DNA from: Candidatus Nanopelagicales bacterium | GTDB taxonomy: Bacteria; Actinomycetota; Actinomycetes; S36-B12 | DNA: 64,000 nt | Assembly: GCA_044240195.1 (NCBI GenBank) | Contig: JBIHZX010000001.1 | Coordinates: 135,576-199,575 of the forward strand | Direction: 5' to 3' | Shown: piece by piece, positions 58,276 through 64,000 of the stretch | Layout of the letters: every line of letters begins with the position of its first letter | Position numbering within the stretch: position 1 is the stretch's first letter | Notes under the pieces: generated by a model | Databases searched by the model: none | What the model saw: only the letters and a program-made list of their open reading frames with translations | What the model was told of the DNA's origin: nothing | Translations under genes and position numbers: made by a program

Positions 58276-59146
58276 CGACTTCTCCTGATTCTTGTAGTGC
58301 AATATCTTCGACTTCTGTTTCTGCATCAACGTCACGCTCGACGTCAAATTCATCGGTTACATCGATGTCGCCCTCATTTTGTCCGACCCACCGTACAGTG
58401 AGATCTCCTAGCGGGGAGATTTGTTCGAACAGCACTACCTGCTCCCGGTATAACTCAAGCAATGCGAGGAAACGGCCAACAATTAGCAGCGTGGTGTCGC
58501 AGTCTTGGGTGAGCGCCCGAAATGTGGTAGTTCCCACTCGCCGAAGTCTTTCAACAATGATTGCCGCCTGCTCACGAACACTCACCCGCTGAACATGGAT
58601 GTGCCCAAGACCAACTTCCTCGATGGGTTTGGGGGCAAGCGCAAGTGCAGCCATGGCCGCGAACTGATCGGGGCCGATCCCCAACAAGACTTCGGGGAGT
58701 AATTCTGCGAATTGTGGTTCAAGTCCCACCGTGCGAGGAAAGGATTTACTCGCCGTTCCCATCATTTGAGTGAACAGAACGGTGATTTCTTTGTAGGCCC
58801 GATATTGCAAAATGCGAGCAAATAACAAATCTCTCGCTTCGAGTAATGCTAAATCTTCTTCGTCTTCCACTTCGCCGCGCGGAAGAAGCCTGGCCGCCTT
58901 GAGATCAAGCAGCGTTGCGGCAACGACAAGGAAACTACTGGTTTCGTCGAGGTCCCAGTTTTCACCCTGTCCACGAATATGGGAGATGAATTCGTCGGTA
59001 ACCGTATGGAGGGCCAATTCGGTTACTTCAAGTTTGTGTTTGGAAATAAGTGAGAGCAAGAGGTCAAATGGACCCTCAAAGTCGCCAACGCGTACGGAGA
59101 AACCTTCTTTTAGAGTGATGCTTTCATCGACGACTTCAGTACTCAC
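58268..59146 (-). CDS. scpA: Segregation and condensation protein A
   Basis: 292 aa with the ScpA N-terminal pattern FEGPFDLLLSLISKHKLEVTEL. Confidence 0.85.
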   Translation of the reverse strand: MSTEVVDESITLKEGFSVRVGDFEGPFDLLLSLISKHKLEVTELALHTVTDEFISHIRGQGENWDLDETSSFLVVAATLLDLKAARLLPRGEVEDEEDLALLEARDLLFARILQYRAYKEITVLFTQMMGTASKSFPRTVGLEPQFAELLPEVLLGIGPDQFAAMAALALAPKPIEEVGLGHIHVQRVSVREQAAIIVERLRRVGTTTFRALTQDCDTTLLIVGRFLALLELYREQVVLFEQISPLGDLTVRWVGQNEGDIDVTDEFDVERDVDAETEVEDIALQESGEVDE

Positions 59147-59154
59147 CTAACAAT

Positions 59155-60015
59155 TCACCTGGCAAGCACCTCGCGCGCCAACCTGCGGTACGCCTGTGCT
59201 CCGCTGCTGCTTGGTGCAAATGTCGTGATGGGTTCGCCCGCAACAGCTGAGTCAGGGAATTTCACAGTTCGATTTATTGTTGTTGAAAAAACCGTCTCAC
59301 CGAACGCCTCCGTGACTGACTCCAGAACCTCTCGACTGTGCAATGTGCGCGGGTCATACATGGTTGGTAACACACCGACTATTCGAAGGTCCGGGTTGAG
59401 CCGTGTTACGACCTTCTCGACGGTGTCCTTAAGCATGGCCACACCGCGTAATGCAAAGTACTCACACTCCATAGGGATGATCACTTCGGTGCTTGCGGTA
59501 AGTGCATTGAGGGTTAGCAGGCCCAGAGATGGCTGACAATCAATGAGAACGAAGTCGTAGTCATCGATGATGGGTGCGATCACCCTTTGAAGTGAGTATT
59601 CTCGGCCGACTTCGCTCACCAGTTGAACTTCAGCTGCCGATAGGTCAATGTTGCTCGGGACAAGGTCAAGACCCGGCACGCGAGTATTCACGATTACGTC
59701 ACCAATATGACAATCTTTCTGGGTCAGCAGGTTGTAGATCGAGAGTTCCATCTCATTTGGATTCATGCCTAAAGCGACGGAAAGGGCACCTTGTGGATCG
59801 AAGTCAACGAGGAGCACATTACGACCATAACCAGCCAAGGCCGCCCCTAGGGACACGGTTGATGTCGTTTTACCAACACCACCTTTTTGGTTGACCATGG
59901 AAATCACTCGAGCTGGGCCATGTTTTTTCAACGTGGGTGGCTCCGGGATGACCGCCAATTTGACGTCTTCAAATTCCTCGCTCATGATGGGATCAAGCCT
60001 ACTGTGTCGGGACAT
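59155..60015 (-). CDS. ParA/Soj-family partition ATPase
   Basis: 286 aa with the deviant Walker A NQKGGVGKTTS. Confidence 0.85.
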   Translation of the reverse strand: MSRHSRLDPIMSEEFEDVKLAVIPEPPTLKKHGPARVISMVNQKGGVGKTTSTVSLGAALAGYGRNVLLVDFDPQGALSVALGMNPNEMELSIYNLLTQKDCHIGDVIVNTRVPGLDLVPSNIDLSAAEVQLVSEVGREYSLQRVIAPIIDDYDFVLIDCQPSLGLLTLNALTASTEVIIPMECEYFALRGVAMLKDTVEKVVTRLNPDLRIVGVLPTMYDPRTLHSREVLESVTEAFGETVFSTTINRTVKFPDSAVAGEPITTFAPSSSGAQAYRRLAREVLAR

Positions 60016-60048
60016 TTATTCCCCCGATTGGCATGGCCGACCACGCCC

Positions 60049-60096
60049 ATCAGTGATGGCAGGGCAGATCAGTGACGGCCAGGGCAGATCAGTGAG
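60049..60096. repeat. About 20-nt tandem repeat (2 full copies plus a partial) across the xerD stop codon and the xerD-parA spacer
   Basis: The 16-mer cagggcagatcagtga occurs at 60060-60075 and 60080-60095. A partial copy, atcagtga, lies at 60049-60056. The second full copy contains the xerD stop (60089-60091). Confidence 0.75.
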
Positions 60097-60979
60097 CCCT
60101 TGGGTGCGACGCGGCATAGATTTCTCGAAGAGTATCGACGGTCACCAGGGTGTACACCTGCGTGGTGGTCACCGAGGCGTGCCCCAGGAGTTCCTGGACC
60201 GTTCGGACATCGGCTCCACGCTCGAGCAGGTGGGTGGCGTAACTATGTCGAAGGCTATGTGGACTAACGCCCACGATGTCGGCACGTAGTGCAGCTTGGT
60301 GGACACATTCCCAGGCGCTTTGGCGAGAGATTGGTTTTCCACGACGGTTCAAGAAGAGCTTGTGGCTCCCTGGCCCTTTGCCCACTAAGTCTTGTCTCTC
60401 CCCTTGGACATATTTTTTGATGGCCTCAATCGCATAGGTGCCGACAGGGATCAATCGCTGCTTATTACCCTTTCCCGTCACGACCACAGTTCCTGAATCC
60501 GGATCAATATCATCGATACTTAAATTCGTTAGCTCTGAAATACGCATTCCTGTTCCGTAAAGCAATTCCATGATTGCTCTATCACGATGTGGAAGATCAC
60601 TTGAATCAGTTCCTTCGATGAGGAGCAGGATCGACTCATATGGCATCGCTTTTGGTAGTCGGCGCGGTATCGAAACGGGGTGGACATCAACAGCCGGATT
60701 TGCCACAGTCCAGTCTTCAGAGACACAAAACTTGTGGAAACCCCGAACAGATACCACTGTTCTGGCTGCACTTGCAGCACTAAGGTGAGGGGAAAGTGAC
60801 GTTGCGAAATCACTTATCGCGTTGGTATCAATGTCATCAAGTGTTACGAGGTCGTGCTCTTGACACCAATTTTGATAGCGACCCAAATCACGTGTGTAGG
60901 CGCTGACAGTGTTGGCGGAAAGACCTCTCTCAATACTGACATGATCGAGGTAGCCACGTATTGCCCGCTCTACGTTCAG
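60089..60979 (-). CDS. xerD: Tyrosine recombinase XerD (start probably non-canonical CTG at 60979)
   Basis: The C-terminal catalytic region is HSLRHSYATHLLERGADVRTVQELLGHASVTTTQVYTLV. The in-frame region upstream of the track start (TTG at 60886) encodes the conserved N-terminus VERAIRGYLDHVSIERGLSANTVSAYTRDL. The only start-like codon before it is a CTG overlapping the ald stop. Confidence 0.8.
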   Translation of the reverse strand: MNVERAIRGYLDHVSIERGLSANTVSAYTRDLGRYQNWCQEHDLVTLDDIDTNAISDFATSLSPHLSAASAARTVVSVRGFHKFCVSEDWTVANPAVDVHPVSIPRRLPKAMPYESILLLIEGTDSSDLPHRDRAIMELLYGTGMRISELTNLSIDDIDPDSGTVVVTGKGNKQRLIPVGTYAIEAIKKYVQGERQDLVGKGPGSHKLFLNRRGKPISRQSAWECVHQAALRADIVGVSPHSLRHSYATHLLERGADVRTVQELLGHASVTTTQVYTLVTVDTLREIYAASHPRAH

Positions 60980-62091
60980 GCGAGTACCTCAGCGATATTG
61001 ACAAGTGGGTAGGCGAAAGATTCAGCAACCGCTGCGTAGGTGACTTTATGGTTGTGGACGTTTAAGCCCAATGCCAATGCAGGATCCTCAATTAAGGCCC
61101 GCTTCCAACCCTTATCAGCGAGGGCAACTGCATAGGGCAGGGTCACATTTGTTAACGCATAGGTTGAAGTGTGGGGCACGGCACCTGGCATATTGGCTAC
61201 GCAGTAAAACACCGAGTTGTGCACCTCATAGGTGGGTTCCGCATGTGTCGTTGGACGGGAATCCTCAAAGCATCCACCTTGGTCGATCGCGATATCAACC
61301 AAAACTGATCCTGGTTTCATGCGTGACACAAGATCATTGGAGACCAACTTTGGCGCTTTGGTTCCGGGCACGAGTACAGCACCGATGACCATGTCGGCAT
61401 CGAGGACTGCTTGTTCAATCTCGAAAGCATTTGAGGCAATTGTCTGCATATGACCTTGATAAATGGCATCGACTTGACGCAAGCGAGCAATGTTTTTGTC
61501 CAATAGCAGAACTTCTGCTTGCATGCCGAGGGCAATTGCCGCTGCATTCATCCCCGCAACACCTGCTCCGAGAACGACGACCTTGGCTGCAAAAACACCA
61601 GAGACGCCACCCATCAACACCCCGCGGCCACCGTGTGCGCGCATCAGCGAATGGGCACCTACTTGCGGCGCAAGCCGTCCAGCGACCTCCGACATGGGCG
61701 CTAGCAGCGGTAGCGACCCGTCAGCAAGTTCGACAGTTTCATAGGCGATGGCGGTCGCCCCGGATGCTATGAGTGCGTCGGTGCATTCCTTTGATGCGGC
61801 AAGGTGGAGGTAGGTAAAGATGACTTGGCCCTCACGCATGCGGTGATACTCCGGTGCAATGGGCTCCTTGACCTTGAGGATCATGTCCGCGGTTTCCCAC
61901 ACTGCATCTGCGGTGTCGAGCATGACCGCTCCAGCATTGATGTAGGACGTGTCGGGAATTGACGAGCCGATTCCAGCGCCAACCTCGATGACGACTTCGT
62001 GGCCGAGGGTCACAAGTTCGTGCACGCCGGCCGGAGTGATTGCTACCCGGTACTCGTGGTTCTTGATCTCCTTGGGGATTCCAATGCGCAC
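60976..62091 (-). CDS. ald: Alanine dehydrogenase
   Basis: 371 aa with MRIGIPKEIKNHEYRVAITPAGV and the NAD fold VVVLGAGVAGMNAA. Confidence 0.93.
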   Translation of the reverse strand: MRIGIPKEIKNHEYRVAITPAGVHELVTLGHEVVIEVGAGIGSSIPDTSYINAGAVMLDTADAVWETADMILKVKEPIAPEYHRMREGQVIFTYLHLAASKECTDALIASGATAIAYETVELADGSLPLLAPMSEVAGRLAPQVGAHSLMRAHGGRGVLMGGVSGVFAAKVVVLGAGVAGMNAAAIALGMQAEVLLLDKNIARLRQVDAIYQGHMQTIASNAFEIEQAVLDADMVIGAVLVPGTKAPKLVSNDLVSRMKPGSVLVDIAIDQGGCFEDSRPTTHAEPTYEVHNSVFYCVANMPGAVPHTSTYALTNVTLPYAVALADKGWKRALIEDPALALGLNVHNHKVTYAAVAESFAYPLVNIAEVLA

Positions 62092-62130
62092 AGTCGCCTC
62101 TTTTTCCTAATTGTGATCGTTTATACGAAT

Positions 62131-62796
62131 CTACACGGGTGGAAGCCTGCCAATTGATTTCAGCCCCTCTCGAGCATTCCAATCCGCATTCGCCTCACGC
62201 AGTTTTCGGCGCGAGTCCGAACGCCAAGCCCATGCGGCCAAAATGCCAACTACCGCGGTGGGGTTTCCCAACTCCCCTTCCAATACCAAATCCACGGCCT
62301 TCTCCAGAGGAAGCCAGACGCATGGAAGGTCAAGTTCTTCGGCCTCCCCCGTGTCTACGCGCCCTTCGGTGAGTTCAGAGATCTCGCGCGCAAGATAAAT
62401 TCGAATAGCTTCACTAGATCCACCGGGAGAGTTGTAGAAATCAACCAGTGTGTCCCATCGGTCTGCCCGAACCCCTGCTTCCTCAGCTAACTCGCGTTGG
62501 GCAGCATCGAGCGGATTCTCACTAGGAATATCAAGTAACCCTGCCGGCGTCTCAAAAAGGAACATGCCCAAGGCTTGCCGGTATTGGCGAATGAGAAGCA
62601 CTTCATCACGGTCATTGAGAACGAGTACTGCCACGGCGCCGGGGTGAATAACGATATCGCGCTTGACCCGTTGCCCTGCAATGTCGACAGTCTCTACATC
62701 GACCTTCCACTTTCCACCAATATGAACTGTTTCGCTATCAACGAGAACGGCCGGCTCTAACAAATCTTTTACCGGGGCACTCCAAAAAGTGAGCAC
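62131..62796 (-). CDS. NUDIX hydrolase (ADP-ribose pyrophosphatase-like)
   Basis: It has the Nudix box GLLDIPSENPLDAAQRELAEEAGV. The exact start is uncertain. Confidence 0.8.
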   Translation of the reverse strand: MLTFWSAPVKDLLEPAVLVDSETVHIGGKWKVDVETVDIAGQRVKRDIVIHPGAVAVLVLNDRDEVLLIRQYRQALGMFLFETPAGLLDIPSENPLDAAQRELAEEAGVRADRWDTLVDFYNSPGGSSEAIRIYLAREISELTEGRVDTGEAEELDLPCVWLPLEKAVDLVLEGELGNPTAVVGILAAWAWRSDSRRKLREANADWNAREGLKSIGRLPPV

Positions 62797-62805
62797 GTGC
62801 TAGAC

Positions 62806-64000
62806 CTAGGCGTCTGCCGCAGAGAATTCCTGTTGCAGCGCATGTGCCCTGGCAATCCCCGCCTCAATGAGGCCAATAAACAGTGGGTGGGCGCGTGTTG
62901 GGCGGGAGCGCAATTCAGGATGGGCCTGGGTTCCGATGTAATACGGGTGAATGTCGGCCGGCAACTCTACGAATTCGACAAGACGACCATCAGGTGAGGT
63001 GCCGGAGAAATTCAAGCCAGCATTGCTCAATTGATCCCGGTACTGATTCGCCACTTCAAAACGATGACGGTGGCGCTCTTCAATGTAGGGAGTCCCATAC
63101 ACCTTGTAGGCAACCGATCCATGCGTCAGTTTCGCGGGGTATAACCCCAAGCGCATAGTGCCGCCCATATCGCGATCACCCGAGACAACATCACGTTGGT
63201 CTGCCATCGTCGAAACAACCGGGTATGGCGTCGACTCATCAAACTCAACCGAGTTGGCATTTTCCAAGCCCACGACTGTCCGCGCGTATTCGATCACCAT
63301 ACATTGCAGACCCAGACACAATCCAAGTGTTGGAATCAAATTTTCGCGGGCATACGTCAAAGCGCCGAGTTTTCCTTCAATCCCCCGAACGCCAAACCCG
63401 CCAGGAACACAAATGGCGTCAAGATCTGAAAGATTTTTAGCCGCACCTTCGGGTGTTGCGCAATCGTCACTTGAAACCCAACGGATATTCACACGACAGT
63501 TATTGTGGAAGCCACCGGCACGCAAGGCCTCCGTCACCGAGAGATAGGCATCGGGCAAGTCAATATATTTACCAACTAAACCAACAGTTACCTCATATTT
63601 TGGATGATGCACGCGCTCCAATAATTGATCCCATTGAGCCCAATTCACATCGCGGAATGGCAGGTCAAGTCGCCGCACAACGTATGCGTCTAATCCCTCA
63701 GAATGAAGTACTTTCGGAATGTCGTAGATACTGGGAGCATCGACCGCCGCAACAACTGCCTGGGCATCAACGTCACACATCATCGAGATCTTTTGCTTGA
63801 TGGAATCAGGGACGGGTCGATCCGCGCGCAAAACAATTGCATCCGGTTGGATACCGATATTGCGCAGGGCTGCAACGGAATGCTGAGTTGGCTTGGTTTT
63901 CAATTCACCCGATGGGCCAATGTAGGGCAGGAGTGAAACGTGCAAGAAGAATACGTTTTCTCGACCAACTTCATGTCGAATCTGCCGGACGGACTCTAAA
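62806..64000 (-). CDS. pyrG: CTP synthase, C-terminal ~397 codons (5' end lies beyond the window)
   Basis: The frame is open to position 64000. It has the GATase domain motifs [10 protein letters not shown] and HRHRFEV. The track's TTG at 63945 is only an internal codon. Confidence 0.95.
   Translation of the reverse strand, partial: LESVRQIRHEVGRENVFFLHVSLLPYIGPSGELKTKPTQHSVAALRNIGIQPDAIVLRADRPVPDSIKQKISMMCDVDAQAVVAAVDAPSIYDIPKVLHSEGLDAYVVRRLDLPFRDVNWAQWDQLLERVHHPKYEVTVGLVGKYIDLPDAYLSVTEALRAGGFHNNCRVNIRWVSSDDCATPEGAAKNLSDLDAICVPGGFGVRGIEGKLGALTYARENLIPTLGLCLGLQCMVIEYARTVVGLENANSVEFDESTPYPVVSTMADQRDVVSGDRDMGGTMRLGLYPAKLTHGSVAYKVYGTPYIEERHRHRFEVANQYRDQLSNAGLNFSGTSPDGRLVEFVELPADIHPYYIGTQAHPELRSRPTRAHPLFIGLIEAGIARAHALQQEFSAADA

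Noticed and set aside
60049-60096. The short direct repeats here and at 16934-16965 as a possible CRISPR array.
   Set aside because: There are only 2-3 contiguous copies with no spacers, and no cas genes lie in the window. These are simple tandem duplications.

Overview
This 64-kb chromosomal segment reads as an Actinomycetota genome. The gene order matches what I recall for Mycobacterium and Streptomyces: efp-aroQ-aroB-aroK-aroC...aroE-mltG-ruvX-alaS, rarA, aspS-hisS, relA-secF-secD-yajC-ruvBAC, yebC-pdxT-pdxS, pimA-acyltransferase-pgsA, HIT-thrS, pabB-pabC, a tRNA Gly/Cys/Val cluster, and der-cmk-tyrA-aroH-rluB-scpBA-parA-xerD-ald-nudix-pyrG. Coding is dense and mostly on the minus strand. 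Many neighbouring genes share 1-8 nt start/stop overlaps, and the supplied ORF track often over-extends N-termini, so several starts are re-set below. Two genes run off the window: efp at the left edge (absent from the track) and pyrG at the right edge. The one clear accessory region lies at 39.3-49.95 kb, directly after tRNA-Val(GAC). It is bounded by an imperfect 25-nt direct repeat of the tRNA 3' end (39301-39325 and 49929-49953), which is an attL/attR-type signature, but no integrase is present. The island carries a PucR-family regulator and a seven-gene minus-strand operon. That operon joins a ribose-type (CUT2) ABC importer to a signal-less class A beta-lactamase-fold hydrolase, a D-aminoacylase-family amidohydrolase, a GNAT and an N-succinylamino-acid-racemase/OSBS-type enolase. 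I know of no characterised pathway with this composition, and it is the best candidate for a new system, possibly D-amino-acid or N-acyl-amino-acid uptake and stereo-recycling. Secondary oddities are a half-length, P-loop-less EF-G-like ORF beside pgsA, a xerD whose conserved N-terminus is only reachable from a CTG codon in a CTGA overlap with ald, and two short tandem duplications that each include a stop codon. No CRISPR array, IS element, rRNA or recognisable defence genes were seen. All functional calls come from reading motifs in the translations; no database search was run.
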